NCBI RefSeq assembly: GCF_054482525.1
Contig: NZ_CM137006.1
Strand: one strand, 5' to 3'
DNA length: 64,000 bases
Shown here in pieces: positions 10,234-20,193 of this stretch. Both the position numbers and the translations under genes were made by a program. How positions within the stretch are numbered: position 1 is the stretch's first letter; each line of letters starts with the position of its first letter. The notes under the pieces were generated by a model, which was given only the letters and a program-made list of their open reading frames with translations, searched no databases and was not told the DNA's origin.

Positions 10234-10520
10234 TTGCCATTAATAAACCGTATTGTAATGCCACCGATGACGCGTTCCCGCGCGGGTGACGTTGCGACTG
10301 ACATAATGGCGGACTATTACGCGCAGCGCGCCAGTGCTGGACTTTTCATTAGCGAAGGTACGCAAATCAGCAGAAGCGCTGCGCATAATTTTCCACGGCA
10401 CGCTGATTTACTCCGGTAAAGACACCAAAGCGCGCGCCGAACAGGCGCTGGCTAACGGCTAGTCGGATCTGATTGGATTTGGTCGTCCGTATAGTGCCAA
10501 AAGCGGAAGTTGGTAGTTTC
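10234..10520 (+). pseudogene. remnant of an Old Yellow Enzyme (NemA-like NADH:flavin oxidoreductase) gene with large internal deletion and premature stops
   Basis: ORF 10234..10419 INRIVMPPMTRSRAGDV...MADYYAQRASAGLFISEGTQIS matches OYE N-terminus; downstream ...GKDTKARAEQALANG*SDLIGFGRP matches OYE C-terminal region; intervening ~280 codons missing. Confidence 0.55.
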
Positions 10521-10612
10521 AGCCTATGTTGATAAACGGGGAGCCGGTCAGCACGTAAAGAGATTTTTTTGTACTGCTATGGCCCGATCAAAAATCGATT
10601 GAGCCGAATGTG

Positions 10613-10984
10613 CTAGCTATCTCCGAAGATAATTTTTTCGAGCTCCTGCAAGTCCTGCTGTGATTGCTCGTTAAGGTTAGCCTCTAACTTGTCGTACCAT
10701 GTAAGCAGTTTCTTGCCAAGTGGTGTCAAAACCGAGCCTCCACCTTTACTGCCGCCTGTTGATGTAATTACCACCGGCTTACCTATGCCTTTATTGAGTG
10801 TATCAATCAGGAGCCACGCCCTTTTATAGGGGATTCCCAGATCTTTTGCGGCAGCTGAAAGGGAATGAAACCCATCTATAGCTCGTAAAAGATCGATTTT
10901 CCCCGGTCCCAGCGAGATATTGTCATTAATGTAGATTCGGGGTCTGACCAAAATAAAATCAAACATAAGCGTTTTTTTATTCAT
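10613..10984 (-). CDS. ModE N-terminal-domain-like winged-helix transcriptional regulator (no TOBE domains)
   Basis: ORF 10613..11002; MNKKTLMFDF...IDLLRAIDGFHSLSAAAKDLGIPYKRAWLLIDTLNKGIGKPVVITSTGGSKGGGSVLTPLGKKLL; ATG 10984 preceded by GGAG. Confidence 0.65.
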   Translation of the reverse strand: MNKKTLMFDFILVRPRIYINDNISLGPGKIDLLRAIDGFHSLSAAAKDLGIPYKRAWLLIDTLNKGIGKPVVITSTGGSKGGGSVLTPLGKKLLTWYDKLEANLNEQSQQDLQELEKIIFGDS

Positions 10985-11009
10985 TCTGAGAACTCCGTGC
11001 AAAGTATTT

Positions 11010-11816
11010 TTATCGGGTGTGTTTGAAAGTTTTGATGGCAGAAATAAGAAGGATCACACCAAGTAAAGTCATAAGGGCTTTAAGTGGGAACAAGCCGACC
11101 ATAAGTCCACCAATTGCTGCACCAATTACTGAACCAATAACCATCCATACAAACAGTGTCCTTTCTTGCTTCAGAATCAGGAAAGCATCTGCATTTATAT
11201 AACGGGAAAAGCCAACAATCATTGTTGGCAGGCTAATCATCAGTGAAAGACTTCCGGCCAGTTTAATATCTGCCCCGAAAAGGATAACGATTGTGGGGAT
11301 AAGAAGCTCTCCGCCAGCCACTCCGAGCAATGCTGCGACTATCCCGATAAAGCCCCCTGATACCACCCCCACAATAATCATGGCAAGGCCAGGTTGAAAT
11401 AACCCGCCTGAAATACTGTGCAACGGCATCCAGGCTTCAGAGAGCATGACAAAAGACAGTAAAACAAGCAGGATCAGAATGATTCTGTCCAGCCAGATTC
11501 TGGACATCTTTATGGCACGACCTGCGGCCCACCATGCTCCAATAAGACTTCCTGCCAGCAAATTTATGACAATATCAAGATGCGCCACCAACTGATCAAA
11601 AGATATAGATTTTGTTCGGAAAATTAAAGCAATAGCCACCACGGCGAGACTCATTGCTTTGTTAAAAATGACGGCTTCCAGAGAAGGGATTTTGAAACTA
11701 CCGATCAGTACGGGAAGGCGAAATTCAGCCCCTCCGAGGCCAATCAACCCACCTAAAGCCCCTATTACCGCGCCTGAGAAAAAACCTTTACCATTCCTGT
11801 TTGAAACTGACGACAT
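11010..11816 (-). CDS. TauE/SafE (DUF81) family anion (sulfite/sulfonate-type) exporter, integral membrane
   Basis: 268 aa highly hydrophobic ORF with Gly-rich TM helices (GALGGLIGLGGAEF..., GVAGGELLIPTIVILF...); GAGAGGA RBS. Confidence 0.8.
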   Translation of the reverse strand: MSSVSNRNGKGFFSGAVIGALGGLIGLGGAEFRLPVLIGSFKIPSLEAVIFNKAMSLAVVAIALIFRTKSISFDQLVAHLDIVINLLAGSLIGAWWAAGRAIKMSRIWLDRIILILLVLLSFVMLSEAWMPLHSISGGLFQPGLAMIIVGVVSGGFIGIVAALLGVAGGELLIPTIVILFGADIKLAGSLSLMISLPTMIVGFSRYINADAFLILKQERTLFVWMVIGSVIGAAIGGLMVGLFPLKALMTLLGVILLISAIKTFKHTR

Positions 11817-11833
11817 GCGTTCCTCTCTAATTC

Positions 11834-11855
11834 GTTATGTCTTTTTTGACATAAC
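11834..11855. promoter_or_regulatory. perfect inverted repeat GTTATGTC-TTTTTT-GACATAAC just upstream of the TauE RBS (candidate operator or 5'-UTR hairpin); approximate
   Basis: 8-bp perfect arms, 6-nt T spacer, ~18-39 bp upstream of TauE start. Confidence 0.5.
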
Positions 11856-12000
11856 GACAAGCATAGCATTGCAGAACAGGCGTCTGGTAGTTGCTTGTAA
11901 AGACGAGGATTGATCCAGGTTAAAATTTATTCTATTAACCTGCTCTCCGTTGTTTAACACACCACGATTTATGTGATGCTTTCATGAGAAATTAAAACAA

Positions 12001-12207
12001 CTAAGAACTTCCGCTTCTCGCTCGAAGCGGACTGTCAGATTTGATTGCATTCTGGCTACGCAACTGGTCGGTTGGAATATGAAGTTGCTCACGAATAGCC
12101 TTAGCATCCGCAATTTCGTAGCGGGTCACCCGTGCAGGTTCTTTTAAACCTTGTTTAATCTCAACAGCCTCTTCCAGAGAGGTTTTCAACTTATCAAAAA
12201 AACTCAT
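12001..12207 (-). CDS. small ORF with N-terminal similarity to HigA/MqsA-type antitoxins but lacking the HTH; possible gene remnant
   Basis: 68 aa MSFFDKLKTSLEEAVEIKQGLKEPARVTRYEIADAKAIREQLHIPTDQ...; expected HTH helix absent in all frames downstream. Confidence 0.35.
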   Translation of the reverse strand: MSFFDKLKTSLEEAVEIKQGLKEPARVTRYEIADAKAIREQLHIPTDQLRSQNAIKSDSPLRARSGSS

Positions 12208-12240
12208 TTTATACCTCGCCTTTGAGCCGTTTCGTCACGG

Positions 12241-13473
12241 TTATCTCTGCTCGCCCATCATCTCCCGCACCAGCTCCACACAGCGCAGGAAACGGCTGTC
12301 GTAATCGTCCTCTTCAACCCGCACAAATTCGATATTGTTCTCTTCCAGCATCTCCACCAGCAAGTTCTGGAACTCTTTGCGATCCACCGAACTGCCGAGG
12401 CTGCGTAAACCATCCGCCACCCACGGGGTGTTGTTCTCCAGCAGGATCACCAGATCAAAACGGTATTCATCAATCAGCGCCTGCACGAACGGATGCTCCC
12501 GCCCTTCGTACTTTTTGCAGAACGCCTGGGTAGTGACAAAATCAGTGTCGATAAACGCCACTTTATTGGCATATTTCACTGCAAAATCAATGTATTGAGC
12601 GTGTCCCAGCGCGATTTTATCGTAGTCGGAATACTGCAATGCGATCTCATCACCGCCAAGGTGTGAAAAGACATAATCGCGACCATATTCCCATGCACTG
12701 GTAGTGTTGAAGATATTAGCAAGTTTGTTTACCAGGGTTGATTTACCGCTCGACTCGCCGCCAAGGATCGCCACGGTACGCACAAAGAACGGCTTCACTT
12801 CGGTGGGAATATATTCCCAGTAGCGGAACGGGTTTTCGCGGATCTGCGCACCGCTGATACTCATAAAGGTGCGTTTCGGATCGACCAGCACCGTCTCGAT
12901 CCCCAGATGTTCCATATACTGTGGCGCATCGGCTTCTTCCGAGGTGTAGATCAGGTCCGGCTGGATCCCCTTTTCAGCCATAAACTTTTTGATGCCGTTG
13001 CTCCACACATCCCAGCCGTGCGGATACGGCTCCATGCCCTCTTCGTTGAAGGCATGAATACGGATATTTTTCTGATATTTAAAGGTTTGCAATAACCAGC
13101 GCAGACGATCCGGCACCGTGGGCTGCTGCGACATGGCGCTGTCTTCAAACAACGCACGGTCACGGGTATCGTCAAAGCCCATAATGATATGCAGCTCGTC
13201 AACCTGGCTACAGGCGCGCTGGATAAGGTAGATATGTCCGGTATGCAGCGGGTAGAACTTACCGAATACGACACCAATGGTTTTCTTCTGCCGGGGAAAC
13301 TCAAGCCCCAAAAAACGGTGCAACGCCTCCAGCTTTTGCGCGCTGGGGCTTTTAATTTTGGCATTCAGTAACTGGCTTAAATACCCTTTGGTCATACCGC
13401 TGGCATCAGCTACCTGCTGTAGCGTGCAGCCTTGTTGCTTGATGGCAGTTTTCAGGTAATCAAATGACGACAT
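12241..13473 (-). CDS. nadR: NadR: NMN adenylyltransferase / ribosylnicotinamide kinase / transcriptional repressor
   Basis: ORF 12241..13494; K-12-like start MSSFDYLKTAIKQQGCTLQQVADASGMTKGYLSQLLN at codon 8; Walker A GGESSGKST. Confidence 0.92.
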   Translation of the reverse strand: MSSFDYLKTAIKQQGCTLQQVADASGMTKGYLSQLLNAKIKSPSAQKLEALHRFLGLEFPRQKKTIGVVFGKFYPLHTGHIYLIQRACSQVDELHIIMGFDDTRDRALFEDSAMSQQPTVPDRLRWLLQTFKYQKNIRIHAFNEEGMEPYPHGWDVWSNGIKKFMAEKGIQPDLIYTSEEADAPQYMEHLGIETVLVDPKRTFMSISGAQIRENPFRYWEYIPTEVKPFFVRTVAILGGESSGKSTLVNKLANIFNTTSAWEYGRDYVFSHLGGDEIALQYSDYDKIALGHAQYIDFAVKYANKVAFIDTDFVTTQAFCKKYEGREHPFVQALIDEYRFDLVILLENNTPWVADGLRSLGSSVDRKEFQNLLVEMLEENNIEFVRVEEDDYDSRFLRCVELVREMMGEQR

Positions 13474-13493
13474 ATCTCCCTCCGTATCTCTCA

Positions 13494-14876
13494 TTATAAG
13501 TCGTCGAACACGCTAAGCGCGTCGGAGAGTTTTTTAACGCCAAAAATCTGCATCCCTTCCGGCGCTTTTTTCGGTACGTTAGCCGCCGGAACAATCGCCC
13601 GGCGAAAACCGTGTTTCGCCGCTTCTGAGATACGTTCCTGACCGCTGGGCACCGGGCGGATCTCCCCTGCCAGCCCGACTTCACCAAACACCACCAGATC
13701 CTGCGGCAGCGGTCTGTCGCGCAGGCTGGAAACCATCGCCAGCAGTAACGCTAAGTCGGCGCTGGTTTCGGTTACCTTCACGCCGCCGACCACGTTAACA
13801 AATACATCCTGATCGGCCATTTGCAACCCACCGTGACGGTGCAGCACCGCCAGCAGGATTGCCAGACGGTTTTGCTCCAGCCCTACTGCGACGCGGCGTG
13901 GGTTCGCCATCATCGAGTGATCGACCAATGCCTGAATCTCCACCAGCAGTGGACGCGTTCCTTCCCATACCACCATCACTGAACTACCAGAGGTCACTTC
14001 ATCGCCGCGGCTTAAAAAGATGGCGGAAGGGTTGCTGACTTCACGCAGCCCCTGTTCAGTCATCGCGAAGACGCCCAGCTCATTCACAGCGCCGAAGCGG
14101 TTTTTATGGCTGCGCAGGGTGCGGAAACGGGAGTCGGCATCGCCGTCCAGAAGCACCGAACAGTCGATACAGTGTTCCAGCACTTTCGGGCCAGCCAGCG
14201 AACCATCTTTGGTTACGTGCCCGACCATGACAATCGCCACGCCGCGCGTTTTGGCGAAGCGCGTCAGATAAGCCGCCGTTTCACGCACCTGCGCCACGCT
14301 GCCAGGCGATGACTGTACATCCGCCATATGCATCACCTGGATCGAGTCAATTACCATCAGCTTCGGTTGCTCTTCTTCGGCAATCAGGCAGATCTGCTCG
14401 ATGCTGGTTTCCGACAACATATTGAGATTGTCAGTCGGCAGGCCAAGGCGATGAGCGCGCATTGCCACCTGTTGCAGCGACTCTTCGCCAGTGACATACA
14501 GCGTTTTCATCTGCTGCGCCAGTTTGCACAGCGTTTGCAACAACAGCGTGGATTTCCCCGCACCTGGGTTACCGCCAATCAGAATGGCGCTTCCCGGCAC
14601 CACCCCGCCGCCTAATACGCGGTCGAACTCTTTAAATCCGGTAGAAAAACGCGGCAGCTCCTCAAGGCTGATGTCGGAGAGTTTCTGGACTTTTGCCACT
14701 CCGGCGCTACCGGCATAGCCACTGAGACGCTCGTTACGCGCCACCGTTGGCGACGCAGCAAGACGCACCTCGGTGATGGTGTTCCAGGCATGACAGGCAC
14801 TGCACTGCCCCTGCCAGCGCGGATAATCGGCCCCGCATTCATTACAAACAAAGGCGCGTTTTGGAGCTTTTGCCAC
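13494..14876 (-). CDS. radA: DNA repair protein RadA (Sms)
   Basis: ORF 13494..14924; VAKAPKRAFVCNECGADYPRWQGQCSACHAWNT zinc finger, Walker A GGNPGAGKST; GTG start inferred at codon 17. Confidence 0.92.
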   Translation of the reverse strand: MAKAPKRAFVCNECGADYPRWQGQCSACHAWNTITEVRLAASPTVARNERLSGYAGSAGVAKVQKLSDISLEELPRFSTGFKEFDRVLGGGVVPGSAILIGGNPGAGKSTLLLQTLCKLAQQMKTLYVTGEESLQQVAMRAHRLGLPTDNLNMLSETSIEQICLIAEEEQPKLMVIDSIQVMHMADVQSSPGSVAQVRETAAYLTRFAKTRGVAIVMVGHVTKDGSLAGPKVLEHCIDCSVLLDGDADSRFRTLRSHKNRFGAVNELGVFAMTEQGLREVSNPSAIFLSRGDEVTSGSSVMVVWEGTRPLLVEIQALVDHSMMANPRRVAVGLEQNRLAILLAVLHRHGGLQMADQDVFVNVVGGVKVTETSADLALLLAMVSSLRDRPLPQDLVVFGEVGLAGEIRPVPSGQERISEAAKHGFRRAIVPAANVPKKAPEGMQIFGVKKLSDALSVFDDL

Positions 14877-14924
14877 GGTGTACCTCGTTAATGCTGTGCC
14901 GCCCGCAGGATGACGGGCAGGCAA

Positions 14925-15893
14925 TTACTTCTGATTCAGGCTGCCAGAGAGGATGCAGAATACCCCCATCAGGTCAGCGTGACGGATGGTGACTTCCGTT
15001 TTTTCATTCACTTTTGGCTTGGCATGGTAGGCAATCCCCAGCCCTGCCGCTTTGATCATCGGCAGGTCATTGGCTCCATCGCCAATCGCCACAGTCTGCG
15101 CCAGCGGGATTTCATACTCCTGCGCGAGGCGAGTTAGAGTTTTCGCTTTGTACTGCGCGTCTACGATGTCGCCGATCACATTGCCGGTAAATTTACCGTC
15201 CATGATCTCCAGTTCATTGGCTACCACGGCTGTCAGGCGCAGCTTGTCGCGCAGGTATTCAGCAAAGAAAGTAAAGCCACCGGAGGCAATCGCCACTTTC
15301 CAGCCCAGCGTTTCCAGCTTGAGTACCAGTTGCGTTAAGCCTGGCATCAGCGGCAGATTTTCACGCACCTGTTGCAGAATATTGGCGTCAGCGCCTTTCA
15401 GCGTCGCCACGCGGCTGCGCAGGCTGGCGGTAAAATCGAGTTCGCCGCGCATCGCCCGTTCGGTTACCTCCGCCACCATCTCGCCCGTTCCGGCCAGTTT
15501 GGCAATTTCATCAATACATTCAATCTGGATGGCGGTGGAATCCATGTCCATCACCAGCAAACCCGGCGTGCGCAGGTGCGGGATTTTCCCCAGCGGCACG
15601 ACATCCAGCTGCGCTTCGTGGGCCAGGCGCGTAGCCCGCGCGGTGAGTGAACCTGCCAGACGAATCACCTGATAATCTTCCACGCACCAGGCGGCAACAA
15701 TCACCATCGCCGCGCCCAGTTTGCTCTGGTATTGGGTCAGACGTTGTTTATCCAGCCCACGACCATACAGCAGCCAGCCGCTACGACCTGCGTGGTAATC
15801 CAGTGGCATCACTTCATCACCACTTAATGAAAGAGGCAGACCGGGCCATAAAGAGACATCTTCAGGCAGGTCGCACCAGGTAATGTTAGGCAT
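14925..15893 (-). CDS. serB: phosphoserine phosphatase SerB (HAD family)
   Basis: ORF 14925..16031; MPNITWCDLPEDVSLWPG start at codon 47; HAD motif DMDST. Confidence 0.92.
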   Translation of the reverse strand: MPNITWCDLPEDVSLWPGLPLSLSGDEVMPLDYHAGRSGWLLYGRGLDKQRLTQYQSKLGAAMVIVAAWCVEDYQVIRLAGSLTARATRLAHEAQLDVVPLGKIPHLRTPGLLVMDMDSTAIQIECIDEIAKLAGTGEMVAEVTERAMRGELDFTASLRSRVATLKGADANILQQVRENLPLMPGLTQLVLKLETLGWKVAIASGGFTFFAEYLRDKLRLTAVVANELEIMDGKFTGNVIGDIVDAQYKAKTLTRLAQEYEIPLAQTVAIGDGANDLPMIKAAGLGIAYHAKPKVNEKTEVTIRHADLMGVFCILSGSLNQK

Positions 15894-15998
15894 TAAGGCT
15901 CCTGTAAAATCGTTCGAAGCAGGGAAAATAACGCATGAGGCTACCTTGTATCCATTGCTTCTGGCAACATTAAGTCTCAAATTTTCAAAGGGTGGAAG

Positions 15999-16643
15999 AT
16001 GGCTCGCACAAAACTGAAATTCCGGCTGCATCGGGCAGTGATTGTCCTGTTCTGTCTTGCCTTGTTAGTGGCGCTGATGCAGGGAGCGTCATGGTTTAGT
16101 CAAAACCACCAGCGACAGCGTAATCCACAGCTGGAAGAACTGGCCCGCACCCTGGCGCGTCAGGTGACGCTGAACGTTGCACCGCTGATGCGTACCGACT
16201 CACCGGATGAAAAACGCATTCAGGCGATCCTTGATCAGTTAACGGATGAAAGCCGTATCCTCGACGCGGGCGTGTATGACGAACAAGGCGATCTTATCGC
16301 CCGTTCTGGCGAAAGCGTCGAAGTGCGCGACCGGTTGGCGCTCGACGGCAAAAAAGCGGGCGGCTATTTTAACCAGCAGATTGTCGAACCTATTGCCGGG
16401 AAAAACGGACCGCTCGGCTATCTGCGCCTGACGCTCGACACCCATACGCTCGCCACCGAAGCCCAACAGGTGGATAACACCACTAACATTTTACGCCTGA
16501 TGTTGCTGCTCTCACTGGCAATCGGCGTAGTACTGACCCGCACGCTGCTACAGGGTAAACGCACCCGCTGGCAGCAATCGCCCTTCCTGTTAACCGCCAG
16601 CAAACCGGTGCCGGAAGAGGAAGAAAGCGAGAAAAAAGAGTGA
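15999..16643 (+). CDS. ytjB: membrane protein Smp (YtjB)
   Basis: 214 aa ORF MARTKLKFRLHRAVIVLFCLALLVALMQGASWF... Confidence 0.85.
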   Translation: MARTKLKFRLHRAVIVLFCLALLVALMQGASWFSQNHQRQRNPQLEELARTLARQVTLNVAPLMRTDSPDEKRIQAILDQLTDESRILDAGVYDEQGDLIARSGESVEVRDRLALDGKKAGGYFNQQIVEPIAGKNGPLGYLRLTLDTHTLATEAQQVDNTTNILRLMLLLSLAIGVVLTRTLLQGKRTRWQQSPFLLTASKPVPEEEESEKKE

Positions 16644-16670
16644 CCCATTACTACAAGAAAGGAAATCGTT

Positions 16671-17687
16671 ATGTCCACATTACGCCTGCTCATCTCTGAC
16701 TCTTACGACCCGTGGTTTAACCTGGCGGTGGAGGAGTGTATTTTTCGCCAGATGCCCGCCACGCAGCGCGTTCTGTTTCTCTGGCGCAATGCCGACACGG
16801 TAGTGATTGGTCGCGCACAGAACCCGTGGAAAGAGTGTAATACCCGGCGGATGGAAGAAGATAACGTCCGCCTGGCGCGGCGCAGTAGCGGCGGTGGCGC
16901 GGTGTTCCACGATCTCGGCAATACCTGTTTTACCTTTATGGCTGGCAAACCGGAGTACGATAAAACTATCTCCACGTCGATTGTGCTTAATGCGCTGAAC
17001 GCGCTCGGCGTCACCGCCGAAGCGTCCGGACGTAACGATCTGGTGGTGAAAACCGCCGAAGGCGACCGCAAAGTCTCAGGCTCGGCCTATCGCGAAACCA
17101 AAGATCGCGGCTTCCACCACGGCACCTTGCTGCTCAATGCCGACCTTAGCCGCCTGGCAAACTATCTCAATCCGGATAAAAAGAAACTGGCGGCGAAAGG
17201 CATTACGTCGGTACGTTCCCGCGTGACCAACCTCACCGAGCTGCTGCCGGGGATCACCCATGAGCAGGTTTGCGAGGCCATAACCAAGGCCTTTTTCGCC
17301 CATTATGGCGAGCGCGTGGAAGCGGAAATCATCTCCCCGGACAAAACGCCAGACTTGCCAAACTTCGCCGAAACCTTTGCCCGCCAGAGTAGCTGGGAAT
17401 GGAACTTCGGTCAGGCTCCGGCATTCTCGCATCTGCTGGATGAACGCTTTACTTGGGGCGGTGTGGAACTGCATTTCGACGTTGAAAAAGGCCATATCAC
17501 CCGCGCCCAGGTGTTTACCGACAGCCTCAACCCCGCGCCGCTGGAAGCCCTCGCCGGACGACTGCAAGGCTGCCTGTACCGCGCAGATATGCTGCAACAG
17601 GAGTGCGAAGCGCTGTTGGTTGACTTCCCGGAACAGGAAAAAGAGCTACGGGAGTTATCGGCATGGATGGCGGGGGCGGTAAGGTAA
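16671..17687 (+). CDS. lplA: lipoate-protein ligase A
   Basis: 338 aa [60 protein letters not shown]... Confidence 0.93.
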   Translation: MSTLRLLISDSYDPWFNLAVEECIFRQMPATQRVLFLWRNADTVVIGRAQNPWKECNTRRMEEDNVRLARRSSGGGAVFHDLGNTCFTFMAGKPEYDKTISTSIVLNALNALGVTAEASGRNDLVVKTAEGDRKVSGSAYRETKDRGFHHGTLLLNADLSRLANYLNPDKKKLAAKGITSVRSRVTNLTELLPGITHEQVCEAITKAFFAHYGERVEAEIISPDKTPDLPNFAETFARQSSWEWNFGQAPAFSHLLDERFTWGGVELHFDVEKGHITRAQVFTDSLNPAPLEALAGRLQGCLYRADMLQQECEALLVDFPEQEKELRELSAWMAGAVR

Positions 17688-17718
17688 CTCGCTGATTAAA
17701 ATATCCAAGGAAGGAAAT

Positions 17719-17982
17719 ATGATCGATCTGGAAAACCAGGAACGGGAGATTATCAATTTAATGTTCAGCCAGGGTATATCCTGGATAACTGCCGTGCGTA
17801 TCAGGCATAAACTATCACTTGCTGAAGTAAGTAAAATGTTAGGTATCTCCATTAATTCTCTAAAACAGATCGAAAAGACGGAACGGCTTAGTTCAAACAT
17901 CAAAAGCAAAATGGCAGGAATTTATGGTTGTCCACCAGAGTTGCTGATATGCCCTTCCTGGATGACGGCTGAACATAAATGA
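17719..17982 (+). CDS. small HTH (XRE/Cro-like) DNA-binding protein, strain-specific; sits where K-12 has yjjJ (hipH)
   Basis: 87 aa; HTH-like segment ...ISWITAVRIRHKLSLAEVSKMLGISINSLKQIEKTE...; strong RBS AAGGAAGGA; local sequence is AT-rich. Confidence 0.5.
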   Translation: MIDLENQEREIINLMFSQGISWITAVRIRHKLSLAEVSKMLGISINSLKQIEKTERLSSNIKSKMAGIYGCPPELLICPSWMTAEHK

Positions 17983-18080
17983 ATAGATTCGTGAATAGAT
18001 ACTTGAATGTATTTTATTTTCTATCCATATGAAAAATAATAGTGAATCTATAAATCAGTTGCTATTGATGAATAGATACT
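17980..18080. repeat. cluster of ~5 direct repeats of TGAAT(N2)AT (three exact TGAATAGAT) in the AT-rich spacer between the HTH gene and the deoD terminator; approximate
   Basis: atgaatagattcgtgaatagatacttgaatgtat...agtgaatctat...gatgaatagatact. Confidence 0.5.
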
Positions 18081-18083
18081 AAA

Positions 18084-18112
18084 AAGCCGGAGCAGTCCCC
18101 CACTCCGGCTTA
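18084..18112. terminator. rho-independent terminator hairpin (GCCGGAG-loop-CTCCGGC) flanked by A/T runs, terminating deoD; approximate
   Basis: aaaaagccggagcagtcccccactccggcttaa immediately downstream of deoD stop on the minus strand. Confidence 0.65.
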
Positions 18113-18142
18113 ACACGACGTTCGCCTTTCAGCAAAACACAA

Positions 18143-18862
18143 TTACTCTTTATCGCCCAGCAGAACGGATTCCAGTGCGATTTTGATCATGTCGTTGAAG
18201 GTGGTCTGACGCTCAGCGGCAGTGGTCTGCTCGTGAGTGCGGATGTGGTCAGATACGGTACAGATGGTCAGGGCTTTCGCGCCAAATTCTGCAGCGACGC
18301 CGTAGATACCAGCTGCTTCCATTTCCACGCCGAGGATGCCGTATTTTTCCATCACGTCGAACATTTCGCCGTCCGGAGAGTAGAACAGGTCAGCGGAGAA
18401 CAGGTTACCAACGCGAGCATCAACGCCCAGTGCTTTAGCCGCGTCTACCGCGTTACGCACCATGTCAAAGTCAGCGATAGCGGCAAAGTCATGGTCTTTA
18501 AAACGGATACGGTTAACTTTGGAATCGGTGCAGGCACCCATACCGATAACGACGTCGCGCAGTTTTACGTGTGGCAGAACAGCGCCACAGGAGCCTACGC
18601 GGATAATTTTCTTCACGCCGAAATCGGTGATCAGTTCTTTGGTGTAGATGGAGCAGGACGGGATACCCATACCGTGACCCATTACGGAAATTTTGCGGCC
18701 TTTGTAAGTACCGGTGAAGCCCAGCATACCGCGAACGTTGTTCACTTCACGGGCATCTTCAAGGAAAGTTTCAGCAATATACTTCGCACGCAGCGGGTCG
18801 CCTGGCATCAAAACTACGTCAGCGAAATCGCCCATTTCTGCATTAATGTGTGGGGTAGCCAT
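18143..18862 (-). CDS. deoD: purine nucleoside phosphorylase DeoD
   Basis: ORF 18143..18919; [33 protein letters not shown] start at codon 20. Confidence 0.93.
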   Translation of the reverse strand: MATPHINAEMGDFADVVLMPGDPLRAKYIAETFLEDAREVNNVRGMLGFTGTYKGRKISVMGHGMGIPSCSIYTKELITDFGVKKIIRVGSCGAVLPHVKLRDVVIGMGACTDSKVNRIRFKDHDFAAIADFDMVRNAVDAAKALGVDARVGNLFSADLFYSPDGEMFDVMEKYGILGVEMEAAGIYGVAAEFGAKALTICTVSDHIRTHEQTTAAERQTTFNDMIKIALESVLLGDKE

Positions 18863-18918
18863 TGTTTTATCCTTTTTGTGACATAACAAAGGCGGAGTCA
18901 ACGCTCCGCCCAAATCCA

Positions 18919-20163
<1,245 letters not shown>

Positions 20164-20193
20164 TCAAATTTAAATGATCAGATCAGTATACCG

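Noticed and set aside
17979-18032. 17-codon ORF overlapping the HTH gene stop (ATGA) as a toxin or leader peptide
   Set aside because: Too short and built largely from the TGAATAGAT direct repeats; no independent support. Kept only as a note inside the yjjJ-replacement finding.
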